From Macrostomum lignano (Eukaryota): a stretch of 64,000 bases of DNA. The translations under genes and the position numbers were made by a program. Position 1 is the stretch's first letter. Each line of letters starts with the position of its first letter. The notes beneath the pieces are model-generated. The model had not been told where the DNA came from and made no database searches. It worked only from the letters and a program-made list of their open reading frames with translations. The stretch is taken from contig NIVC01003014.1 of the NCBI GenBank assembly GCA_002269645.1, positions 1-64,000 of the forward strand, read 5' to 3'. This document shows, one piece after another, positions 49,133 to 58,885 of the stretch.

Positions 49133-49804
49133 ATGGTGGTGTTACAAAAACATTACAAAATACAACAATGGTTACGGAAAGTAGTGCACGACGGAGCGCG
49201 CGGCGCGCGCGAACACAAAAACGACAAAGGACGCGCAGAAGTGATACGATGGATGAGGCAAACACAGAACAAGGATGACAAGGTGGATGAGGCAAAGGAT
49301 GCAGAGCAGAGGCACGGAACAGAGGCACAGTCCGGACAACTGCGGGCAAACGACGCCAAGCGTCAAGGGCGGCGGGACGCGGCGCGGCGCGCCAAGGCGG
49401 AAGGGAGAAACCGGCGCAAGAGCGCCCAAGGCGGAGACACGGCGCAGCGCGCCAAGGCAGAGACGGCGCAATGCGCCAGGCGGAGAACGGCGCAGCGCGC
49501 CAAGGCAAAGACGGCGCAGCGCGCCAGGCAGGAACGGCGCCACGCGCCAAGGCAGGAAACGGCGCAAGGGCGCCACGCGGGAACGGCGCCACGCGCCAAA
49601 CAGAGAACGGCGCCACGCGCCAGGCAGAGGATGGCGCCACGCGCCAGAGGCAGAGGATGGCGCTACGCGCCAAGGCAGAGGATGGCGCTACGCGCCAAAG
49701 GCAGAGGACGGCGCTGCGCGCCAAAGGCAGAGAGAGCGTGCGTGCGGTGCGGTGTGTGTGTGTGTAGTGCTTACTTTTACCCCACAAGAATTATATATAT
49801 CTAG
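49133..49804 (+). CDS. Antisense Arg/Ala-rich ORF (223 aa) inside the element, built partly on a GC-rich ~21-24-bp degenerate repeat
   Basis: ATG in an aacATGg context; track ORF; CGCGCCAAGGC repeats at 49380-49740. May be non-coding. Confidence 0.25.
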   Translation: MVVLQKHYKIQQWLRKVVHDGARGAREHKNDKGRAEVIRWMRQTQNKDDKVDEAKDAEQRHGTEAQSGQLRANDAKRQGRRDAARRAKAEGRNRRKSAQGGDTAQRAKAETAQCARRRTAQRAKAKTAQRARQERRHAPRQETAQGRHAGTAPRAKQRTAPRARQRMAPRARGRGWRYAPRQRMALRAKGRGRRCAPKAERACVRCGVCVCSAYFYPTRIIYI

Positions 49805-50052
49805 CTACATTATGAAATTTGCGAAATTTAATGACGAGCTACAGCTCATTTCCGACAACAGCGAAAGCGATGCTGCACTCGTCAATGGGCTGAGCAGCGA
49901 ACTAAGCTAGCTATATTCTTATAGGCAGAATATTTTTCTCGAGTTTTCAATGGTTGTTTTTTCAGTTTTTATTTTCCTTTTTGAGTTATTTATGCGTTTC
50001 ACTAGTCGCCAGTAGTTATGCTTTAATTACTAACCGTATATTGCACATTACA

Positions 50053-50436
50053 TGGTTTCGGGGTATTACTATTAGCGTCAGAGATGACGCACTTATTCAT
50101 TTCATCGACTTTGGCAACACCGAACGGGTGCCATTGCTATCAATTATTTTAATCATTTTTGCCATTGCTATAATGTTTATACGTGCCCTAGTGTATTTTA
50201 TCGATTATGGCAACGCCGATGCAGGCAGAGGACGTCTACAGAATATTTTGACAACTATTATATTTATAGTATTCATCTCGTAATCATTTTTCGACCAATA
50301 TATGCATTATTTTATGCCATATTTATGCATTAATTTTTTAGTTTACTTTTGAATATTTGAGCTAAGGCTAATGTCTTATCTACTATTTGTTTCTAGCGCC
50401 GTAGTGTATTCTATAGACTACGGCAACGCCGACCAG
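50053..50436 (+). pseudogene. Three Tudor-domain-like segments antisense to gag-pol
   Basis: WFRGITISVRDDALIHFIDFGNTERVPL (50053-50136), ALVYFIDYGNAD (50185-50220) and AVVYSIDYGNADQV (50398-) match the Tudor W.R....V.F.DYGN.E.V pattern. Confidence 0.6.
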
Positions 50437-50718
50437 GTGCAGTCGGAGTTGGGTGCTGCGATATTATATATATTCTTGCGTTAGAACAATATAGTATTTA
50501 TACTGTCGGCATATTATGCTAATTCTGCTAGTGTTTTATTTTTATTTTATTTATTTTAGTTAGCTATATAAATTATCAAATTGCAATGTCGCCGCAGTTT
50601 ATCCCCTTGACTACGGTGGTTGGCTGTTGGCTGGTACAGCTGTGGAAGTTGTGCACACTAGTATCTGGCAGTGAGTAACAGCTGTGGCTTGTGTTTTGTG
50701 GCTTGCGGCTGGCAGATG

Positions 50719-51023
50719 CCGCAGGGACCTGTGACCAACAGGTGCCACAGGAGGTAGTTTAACGCCTTGCCCGGGGCGTGAGCTTGCGGTCTACAGGTGC
50801 CGCAGAGACCTGTGGCTGACAGGTGCCACAGGAGGTAGTTTTACGCCTTGCCCGGGGCGTGAACTTGCGGTCTACAGGTGCCGCAGAGACCTGTGGCTGA
50901 CAGGTGCCACAGGAGGTAGTTTTACGCCTTGCCCGGGGCGTGAACTTGCGGTCTACAGGTGCCGCAGAGACCTGTGGCTGACAGGTGCCACAGGAGGTAG
51001 TTTTACGCCTTGCCCGGGGCGTG
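50719..51023. repeat. 81-bp tandem repeat (about 3.7 copies) just downstream of the pol stop
   Basis: GCCGCAGAGACC at 50799, 50880 and 50961. Confidence 0.95.
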
Positions 51024-51035
51024 AAAAACTGGCGG

Positions 51036-54000
51036 TTAGTGTCTGCTTCCCCACTGCTGGAGCAGGTCGGACACTTGACAGGTCCGGTACCTGACAGGCG
51101 GGCGGATGGGGCGTCCGTACCTGGATCTGGGTACGTCAGCCGGGGCTGGTGGCTCAGCTGCTTGCGCAGCGACTGGATTCGCAGCAATCTCAGGTGGTTC
51201 TAATTGCTCGGAGGAAGGGTCCCCCAAGGAAGCCGTGTACAGCGACTCTGAGCTGTCTTGGCTGTGGCTGGTGTCAGTGTCTGTGCTGTCAGTGTCAGTG
51301 TCTGGTTGTGGCTGTCCCTCAATAGCTACAGCATCGCCAGCTTCGGCGAATGGTTGGCCTTCTCCCGCTTCAGCTCCCGCCCCCTCCTCAAAGGCGCCTG
51401 AAGCTGGCGGTGGTGGATTTGGCCCTGGCGCTCTGCGTGGGCTCTCTGGCCGGGCAGAGGAAGGCTGGGGAATGGTGACGAGGCTAAGCTCGCTCGCGGG
51501 TCCGCTGGGCGGGTTCACACTAGGCGCTGGAGACCTGGCATGGGTGGCCTCACCATACCGGTCAACTACGTCTTGGTAAGTGGGCTGTCTGATGCACGGT
51601 TTGAGGCGGTCAATGTTGTAAATGTTATGGCGCGGATTTGGCACCCGATCTGCTGGGTTTAGGAGACCATACTCGGGGACTAAACGGTAAGTCCGCTCGG
51701 AGCAGCGCTGCACTACTCGGTATGGCCCCAACCACACAGCGGGTTCTATGCCCTTGTGGTTCGGGTTCAAGACCCAGACTAACTCTCCCTCGTGGAACTC
51801 AGCGCGGAGGGCGCGGCGGTCGTAATACCTTTTCTGCCTCTCCTGGGCTTTACCCCTAGTGCGGCGGGCTAGGGCAGAGGTTTCGACTAGCGTGCGGTGC
51901 AACTGGTGGGCGTACCTCTCCGGCTGGTAGTGTTCATTTGGCGGTGGATTGTGACAGAGGTCGAGCGGTAGTTCGAACTCACGCCCGAAGAAAAGTTTGG
52001 CTGGAGTAAATCCGGTGGATTCGGCGACTGTGGCACGGATTGACAGGGCGGCCAGGCGGCTGGCAAGGGGCCAGTCGCATTGTCTCTCAAGACAGATGGC
52101 TCTAATCTGGGCTTTCACCGTCTGGATCATCCTCTCAGCTTTACCGTTAGCCTGAGGGCGACGGGCTGTGATCCGACCCATGTCAATCTGTAGGAGCCTA
52201 GTTAATTCTATCATGGTACTATTGATGAAGGCAGTTCCGTTATCAGACACCAGCTGCTCCATCACCCCATACCTGGCAACCCATTCAGTCAGGATGGTTG
52301 TGGCAGTGGTCTCTGCGCTGACGTCGGGAACAGGGACTACTTCAACAAACCCGGTGAACCTGTCGATCATAACCAGCAGGTACTTGTACCCGTCACACTC
52401 TTCGAACGGGCCTGCGTGGTCCACGTGGACAACCTGGTTCGGGTAGCCGGACAGTTCTGGTTGCATAGGGGCCTTGAGCTTACGCTTTGACTTCTTAGTC
52501 TTAGCGCAAACGGTGCATTCGGCCAGGACCCCCTTGACTATAGTATCTAAGTCGGAAATAACGAAGCGCGCCTTCAGGGCGGCCATCGTCTTGGTGATAC
52601 CGCAATGGTTCAACTGGCCATGATACTGAAGGACCAGATGACCGACGTCTGCGGTCTCAGGCACCACCAGGCGCCTGTTGGCAGTCTTGGCTTTGGAGGA
52701 TTTGGCTAAGTACAATAGACCCTCGACTACTTCAAGGTCATTGAATTGAGCCCAGAGTGAGCGCATTTCCCGGCTACAACCCTGCAGTTCGGCCTTGGAC
52801 AATGGCTCAGTCTTACACTGGACACTGGCGATTAGGCGCGCCATGTCAACACAGGAGTCCTGGGCATTCTGGGCCCAGATGAGCTCAGGTGGCACTTGGG
52901 ATTCGGTTTCAGGTTGACGGGATTCAGTCTCTGGGCTAGGAACAGCACCGCTAGCAGTAGCGCGGACATTCGGCGTTGGTTCAGCCGGGGCATCTGTGTC
53001 AGTCTGACACGCTACGCTAATGCCTATGGTCTGGACGCACACCTGACGCAGTTCTCTAGAGGGGGGCGTACGCCGGTGCTTTGGGTCTTGGTCCAGGAAT
53101 TTCCCTTTAAATTCCGGAATCTGGCTGCACGTCGGGCAGTCAAAGTGATCGGCTCTGAATTTTGGCAGTCTACTAAGAGCGTCAGCAGGCACGTGGTCAA
53201 CGCCTGGACGGTACTGGACTGTGAAATCGTATTCGGCTATTCGTTCTAGAGTGGACTGCTGGACCTTCAGCGGGTACAGTTCAATGGTGGCAAGCCATTG
53301 GGCCAGCATACCAGTGGCATGCTTCTTAGAATGCAGCCATTTGAGCGCGGCCGCGTCCACCCGGACAGTGAAAGGCTTGTCTAATAGATAAGGACGGAAA
53401 TGCTCGAGCATCAGAACGAGCCCTAGCAACTCCCTCATGGTGGCGCAGTAGTTTCTCTGGCTACTGTTGAATTTTTTGGATGCGTAAGCTATAACTTGCT
53501 CTTGGCCATCTGGCCCGAGCTGGTACAGCACACCCCCAGTGCCGTCAAGCGAGCTATCGCAGTCCAAAATAAATTCGCGCCCTTTGGCAGAGAGGTCTGG
53601 ATACGCCAGAATCGGTGGTGAACAGAGGCTATGTTTGAGTTCTTGGAAAGCCCGTTCATGATGCGGTTGCCATAGAAACGGAGCATCCTTTTTGGCTAAG
53701 GCATACAAAGGCGTGGCGATGATTGAGAATCGCGGCACGAATTTCCGGTAATAATTCGCAAATCCCAAGAATGATAGAAGCTGTTTCTTAGAAAGCGGTT
53801 TAGGCCAGTCTTGGACAGCCTGAGTCTTCGCTGGGTCAGCCTCAATGCCCCGGCTAGACACAACGAACCCCAGGAATGCGACCTTGTCCTTAAACAGCTC
53901 ACACTTAGACGGCTTAATTTTGAGACCGGCTTTTCTAAGCTGCCAGAGGACCAGCGCGAGATGCGCGATCATTTGGTCGTTGTTGACAGCCTTAATGATA

Positions 54001-56801
54001 ATGTCGTCTAAATAGATGAGGCTGACCTTCATCAGGAGAGGTCTAAACACCTTGTGCATCAGTTTCGCGAAATTGGCAGGTGCCGTCTTGATCCCGAATG
54101 GTACTACCTTCCAGCGGAAGGTGCCTTGGGGGCAGGCAAAGGCGGTGTAATCTCTAGCCTCCTCTTTGATCCCTACCTGCCAGTACGCGGAGGTCAGGTC
54201 AAGGCTAGAGAATACAGTGGCCCCGGCAAGGCTGTCAAAAGATTCTTCTATGAGTGGCAGAGGGAAGCTACACGGCTTGATGAGCTTATTGACGGCCCTA
54301 TAGTCTATGCAAAGGCGTTGAGTGCCGTCCTTCTTCTTGACCAGAACGATAGGCGACACCCAGTCAGAGTCACACTCCTCAATGACCCCCTGTTCGAGCA
54401 TCTGCGCTATGTTCTGGTCTAAGAATTCTTTTTGTGCTGGCGTGGTGCGCCTGTATGGTTGCGCAACAGGCTTGGCCTTAGGATCTATTAACTCTATGCC
54501 CATCTCGTGTAAATTGGTGTGGCCTAAATCTGCGTTTGATCTAGAAATTTGGCTATTGAAGTAGTTGAGCAGTTTCAAAACGGTGGCGAGTTGGCCCCTA
54601 GACAATTTGGCTTGGTCTAGTTGGAACTGCGTTGTCAGCCATTTGGCTAACTCCCTACTAGGCGGCGGCAGCTTACTGAGTTGGCTGGTGAGGTTAGCTA
54701 CATTGTCCAGGCTAAAGTCAGACTCCTTCAGGGTCGTCTGAGCTATGACCTCATGACTATCTAATTCCTGGAATGAGGCAATTTCTTGCCCCCTAGTTAT
54801 CTGAATAGGCTGTTCCCCACTGTTGAGCACGCGCACTAGTATGTGGTTAGTATCGCTAACTGAGTCTAGAGTCTTGGCTACCAACTGTTCGGTCTCTGGT
54901 CCGAGGATCCGGGACATGACTATACCGGAGGTGTACGGCGAAGAGTCGAGGACACGACTGGGGATCAAGGTTTCCGAGTGCGGGGGCAATTCTACGGTGC
55001 CGGCGGCCATCACTCGTCGGAGTTGGAAAATCCCCTTGTCCCCCTCAATGACTGGTACCGACACCCCTGCTACTAAAGCTCGGCCAGAGTTGAAGTCTAG
55101 CAGCATCTCGAAGCTGCGCAGGAAATCCATGCCTAACAGGGCTTCCGTGGTACAGTAAGCAGTGACTAGGAATACATGTTGTTTAGTCGTATTACCTAAG
55201 TTGATTTCGCAGCGTAGCGACCCTAGGATGTCTACCTGAGAGCCGCCGAAGGCGGTGGCACGCTGCTTATTGGCACTAGGCGTGAATATGTTATTGACGG
55301 GGTCAGCTGCGACCAGTTTGGCTTTCACGTCAGCACCCATGATGCTGGCATTGGCGCCTGAGTCTAGACAGGCCAGAACTTTAGAGTCTCCTACTCCTAG
55401 CTGCACGAAATAGCTAGACTCAAAGGTGTCAGCTGTGTACCCCCCTTGTCGGCATTGTGGATCACTGTCCCCTGGCTGAGGTTGCACATTACAGGCCTTG
55501 TCGTGCTGGCGCCCGGGGTCGACCTGGCGCTGGAATTTCACCCTAGTCCCCCTAAGGCGGTGCTGCTCGACTAGGCTACGCAGGCTGGGAGACAGTTGGC
55601 TAATGTGAACGAACAATTTCTCTGGCAGGTGCTCAGATTGGATGAACCCGTAATTCTGAGACCATGTGGCAATGGTTCCTAGTTCAGTCGTGACTTTTCC
55701 ACGGCTGGGCTGCTGATTTTGGCTCCCCCGGGGCTGCTTTGGCGACTGTGGCCTCGGCGAGGGCGATGGACAGTCAGCGATCAGGTGATCGGTCTGGCCG
55801 CATCGATGGCAAGCCCGCGGAGGGCGAGGAGCTGGCCTAGGTTGTCTATAGGTTTGGCTAACTTGTGGTGGGCCCCCAGTGGGCTCTGTGCGAGCGGGCC
55901 CCTGATTGGTAGTGACAGGCGGAGTGGTCTGGCTTAATCTATTGGCTTGGTCGGTCACCATCTTCTCAAGCTCAGCGACCCTCTGTTCTAACGCTTTCTT
56001 CTCAGCGTCAGGTTCTATGGCACGAACCTTGGCTATAGTAGAAGGCACGTTCAGAAGCTGGCGGACCCCGACAAGATCTTTGGCCTTCTGCATCAGCTCT
56101 TCTGCAGAGGTGGCACTGTCGGTTTCCTGATCCCATAAGAGGAGCTTTTCGGCGAGGTCCTTATCCCTCAGCCCATGGCAGAATCTGGCCTTGAGTAGGG
56201 GCTTCGCTTCAGCGAGCGAGAGACCCGCTAGTCTAGAATAGGAGACCAGTCTGTCGAAGAAATCAGACATCTGCTCATTATGAGATTGGGCGGCAGCAAC
56301 TAATTCTACGTAGGCCTTGTCCTTCTTCTTGGCATCGGTGTACCTTTCCCTGAGCAGCCGAAGCGCAGATTCGAAAGGCAACTGGTCACACCGGTAATTA
56401 AGATATACCTCTTGGCATTCGGCTGACAGCAAAGATACGAGAATGGCGGACTTCTGGTCCTCAGGAACGCGGCAAGTGGCTAGATACGAAGTAAGCTGAG
56501 CTTCCCACGTATCAAAGTTCATCTTCGGCTGATAAGCGATTGGAGGGCGAAGGCGTATGTCTGGCTTCGCAGGCGGCGAGGAATTTGGCGCTAATGGCGA
56601 GGAAACAGCGAGACGCTCTTCGAGCATCCGGTGAAGAGAGGCTAAGGTTTGAGTCAACAAGAGTTGCTCACTAGGAGCTGGCGCGGCGGCAGCAGCTGCG
56701 CCTGCTGGCTGCTCGCCGGCATCGACTGCGTCCTGATCTGGCACGGCGGCATCTCCGTCAGCCAATGACGCTGCGGCATGGTTGTCCCCGTTGTCGGACA
56801 T
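51036..56801 (-). CDS. Gag-Pol polyprotein (1921 aa): capsid-like region, CCHC knuckle, cold-shock-like domain, aspartic protease, RT, RNase H, integrase with GPY/F
   Basis: CHRCGQTDHLIADC (55770-55811); LDSGA (~55360); YLDD (54003-54014); DCDSS..YASK..RELL; HGQLNH..CTVC; VHVDHAGP; LGPYRV. Confidence 0.98.
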   Translation of the reverse strand: MSDNGDNHAAASLADGDAAVPDQDAVDAGEQPAGAAAAAAPAPSEQLLLTQTLASLHRMLEERLAVSSPLAPNSSPPAKPDIRLRPPIAYQPKMNFDTWEAQLTSYLATCRVPEDQKSAILVSLLSAECQEVYLNYRCDQLPFESALRLLRERYTDAKKKDKAYVELVAAAQSHNEQMSDFFDRLVSYSRLAGLSLAEAKPLLKARFCHGLRDKDLAEKLLLWDQETDSATSAEELMQKAKDLVGVRQLLNVPSTIAKVRAIEPDAEKKALEQRVAELEKMVTDQANRLSQTTPPVTTNQGPARTEPTGGPPQVSQTYRQPRPAPRPPRACHRCGQTDHLIADCPSPSPRPQSPKQPRGSQNQQPSRGKVTTELGTIATWSQNYGFIQSEHLPEKLFVHISQLSPSLRSLVEQHRLRGTRVKFQRQVDPGRQHDKACNVQPQPGDSDPQCRQGGYTADTFESSYFVQLGVGDSKVLACLDSGANASIMGADVKAKLVAADPVNNIFTPSANKQRATAFGGSQVDILGSLRCEINLGNTTKQHVFLVTAYCTTEALLGMDFLRSFEMLLDFNSGRALVAGVSVPVIEGDKGIFQLRRVMAAGTVELPPHSETLIPSRVLDSSPYTSGIVMSRILGPETEQLVAKTLDSVSDTNHILVRVLNSGEQPIQITRGQEIASFQELDSHEVIAQTTLKESDFSLDNVANLTSQLSKLPPPSRELAKWLTTQFQLDQAKLSRGQLATVLKLLNYFNSQISRSNADLGHTNLHEMGIELIDPKAKPVAQPYRRTTPAQKEFLDQNIAQMLEQGVIEECDSDWVSPIVLVKKKDGTQRLCIDYRAVNKLIKPCSFPLPLIEESFDSLAGATVFSSLDLTSAYWQVGIKEEARDYTAFACPQGTFRWKVVPFGIKTAPANFAKLMHKVFRPLLMKVSLIYLDDIIIKAVNNDQMIAHLALVLWQLRKAGLKIKPSKCELFKDKVAFLGFVVSSRGIEADPAKTQAVQDWPKPLSKKQLLSFLGFANYYRKFVPRFSIIATPLYALAKKDAPFLWQPHHERAFQELKHSLCSPPILAYPDLSAKGREFILDCDSSLDGTGGVLYQLGPDGQEQVIAYASKKFNSSQRNYCATMRELLGLVLMLEHFRPYLLDKPFTVRVDAAALKWLHSKKHATGMLAQWLATIELYPLKVQQSTLERIAEYDFTVQYRPGVDHVPADALSRLPKFRADHFDCPTCSQIPEFKGKFLDQDPKHRRTPPSRELRQVCVQTIGISVACQTDTDAPAEPTPNVRATASGAVPSPETESRQPETESQVPPELIWAQNAQDSCVDMARLIASVQCKTEPLSKAELQGCSREMRSLWAQFNDLEVVEGLLYLAKSSKAKTANRRLVVPETADVGHLVLQYHGQLNHCGITKTMAALKARFVISDLDTIVKGVLAECTVCAKTKKSKRKLKAPMQPELSGYPNQVVHVDHAGPFEECDGYKYLLVMIDRFTGFVEVVPVPDVSAETTATTILTEWVARYGVMEQLVSDNGTAFINSTMIELTRLLQIDMGRITARRPQANGKAERMIQTVKAQIRAICLERQCDWPLASRLAALSIRATVAESTGFTPAKLFFGREFELPLDLCHNPPPNEHYQPERYAHQLHRTLVETSALARRTRGKAQERQKRYYDRRALRAEFHEGELVWVLNPNHKGIEPAVWLGPYRVVQRCSERTYRLVPEYGLLNPADRVPNPRHNIYNIDRLKPCIRQPTYQDVVDRYGEATHARSPAPSVNPPSGPASELSLVTIPQPSSARPESPRRAPGPNPPPPASGAFEEGAGAEAGEGQPFAEAGDAVAIEGQPQPDTDTDSTDTDTSHSQDSSESLYTASLGDPSSEQLEPPEIAANPVAAQAAEPPAPADVPRSRYGRPIRPPVRYRTCQVSDLLQQWGSRH

Positions 56802-57191
56802 TGTGTAAGGTTGAGTGAGACAAATGAATCAAGCGTGAACGAAAATAAGGCTCCAGAGAAAACGAATTGAGGTTGATGACGCGAGAGAGACGAGAGAGAT
56901 TGCGTCCTACTAACAAAATACGTGCCTGACAGGGGCAAACCGCAAAAAGCCTATAATAGGGGAGAGTCCTATCACGCAAACCACCCAGACTAACTGTCAG
57001 GCAATAGTCCCTACAAACAATCAGCGCACAGCGTAACCTGGCGTGGCTTGGCACACGCAGCGGAGCTATCTTGGCAGAGCGTAAGCTCGAGCTCAACGCA
57101 GTTGACAGCGCGCGTTGCTCAGGGCGACGACCAGCGACGACTCGCGGCGACGAGCGAAGACCGGCCGAGCAGTCAGGACCCCTGGGCCTGA

Positions 57192-57305
57192 CGTGGCACA
57201 GGCTCTCGTAGCCTTGCGGACCGAACCTCAGGCGTGGCACAGGCTCTCGTAGCCTTGCGGACCGAACCTCAGGCGTGGCACAGGCTCTCGCAGCCTTGCG
57301 GACCG
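57192..57305. repeat. 41-bp tandem repeat in the element 5' leader
   Basis: CGTGGCACAGGCTCTCG at 57192, 57233 and 57274. Confidence 0.9.
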
Positions 57306-57419
57306 TCAGGCAGAAACGTGGCAGGCCGGCACTCAGTCACGAGCCGGCAGAGCTGAGCAGAATCTTGCTGACGCTTGGTTGCGAGCTGGCAGGGCTGAGC
57401 AGAAGTCTTGATGGCACTG

Positions 57420-57556
57420 ACTTAGTTGCGAGCCGGCAGTGCTGAGTAGGAGTCTCGGTGGTGCTGACTTAGTTGCGAGCCGGCAGTGCTGAGTAGGAGT
57501 CTCGGTGGTGCTGACTTAGTTGCGAGCCGGCAGTGCTGAGTAGGAGTCTCGGTGGG
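57420..57556. repeat. 47-bp tandem repeat x3 overlapping the PBS
   Basis: TCTCGGTGG at 57453, 57500 and 57547. Confidence 0.9.
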
Positions 57557-57563
57557 ACCTCCA
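57547..57563 (-). other. Primer-binding site complementary to the tRNA-Gln 3' end (TGGAGGTCCCACCGAGA)
   Basis: Plus strand TCTCGGTGGGACCTCCA equals the 3' end of eukaryotic tRNA-Gln plus CCA; it lies 6 nt from the LTR. Confidence 0.85.
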
Positions 57564-57569
57564 AAATTA

Positions 57570-58400
57570 TGTCACGTTATTGGCGTAGCGGCCAGCTATG
57601 CGGTGACCCTTAAAAGGGCCGTTTTAGTCCCGAAATAAGTTGAAGTCAATTCTTGTAAAGCGGATTTTGTAGCGGAGCACTTGGCGATAAAGGCAGGAAC
57701 TGCCGTAGTTGTCTTTATTGTTAATATCAGTATTAAGTTTGGTTGTTACTGGCAATAAACAGACTATAGCTTTCTGGGCACTGGCGGCTGCAGCAATGGG
57801 TTGAATATAATTTGGATATGAAGTCAAGTGGCAGGCGAATGACACAATGGCGACGTGACGTGAGCAGTGGCTATGAGCACCGTGAAGGCAGTGAAACGTA
57901 GTGGTGAGTAGGCGTCGGTCGTGGCGTGAAACAGTCAAGTAAGTGTGTGAGCAGGCTGGCCCAGACAGAAGGGCCGTGGTGAGAAATAAGGAGGCTCGAG
58001 GCAGCCAGACAAACAGATAAGACAGCAAGAGGCCGCAGGGAAGGAAACAAGGGACAAGCGGGGAGAGACGAAAAAGGGGGGGTAGGGGTGCCCGCCGCCA
58101 GGCGGGGGGGTTTAATAAAAGAGCGCAGAGGGGGGTAGCGCGAGCACGAGTGATTTCATTGGCTGGCGAGAGAACTTAAAATTATCGATCGTGCCAATTT
58201 TATACGGTCGCGAGAGAGGATAGCAAAATATACAGTGAATTAGAAATTGCCACAAAATCGTTGGGCACTACTACAAGTAAACGTCGCAATAAACGAATGG
58301 AAAAGTTTAGTTGAAACGGTGAAACTGAAGGGTTGAATGACTATGGAGAACAGCAGTCCAACGGCCCTTTTCGGGACCACCTTAAACTGACAACGTCACA
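57570..58400 (-). repeat. 5' LTR (831 bp)
   Basis: As for the 3' LTR. Confidence 0.97.
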
Positions 58401-58885
58401 TGGCGGTTGCTATGGCAATACGAGGCCTGTGTTAACCCACCTACCCACGCATTTTCTCTTGCTGCCTTCCCACCCCCAACCCTACGACTCCACGACCCCC
58501 ATTTGTTTTAGCGATTGACGCGTCCTGATCAAGCTTTGACGTTTGTTATAATTTTATGATTCAGCGCAGGCTATTAAGGCCTCCAGTCCATATTTCATTT
58601 AGTCCCTGCCGGAGTCCCTGTAGCGTCCCAGTCGCCTCACATGATGCCCTAGCATCTATTATAATTTCGTAATATTTTTAAACCCAGACGGCACGAAAGA
58701 ATTTAAAATTTTTGGCTTCATTTTTTTATTTTAATGCGTTGCCTCTTCCAAAGCGGAATCAATTATTCCGGCACTCAATGTAGGAGCTTTCAATGCCTCT
58801 CATTTAAATTGGGAATAAAACCATGGAATAAAATTTATCAGCTAGCTCTGGGCAATTTAGAGGACTGTAGTGAGTGTTGGATATA

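Larger units (their letters stand above)
48059..58400 (-). mobile_element. Full-length Ty3/Gypsy LTR retrotransposon (10.3 kb)
   Basis: Two TG...CA LTRs, 4-bp TSD TGGC, PBS, PPT and an intact gag-pol in PR-RT-RH-INT order. Confidence 0.98.
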
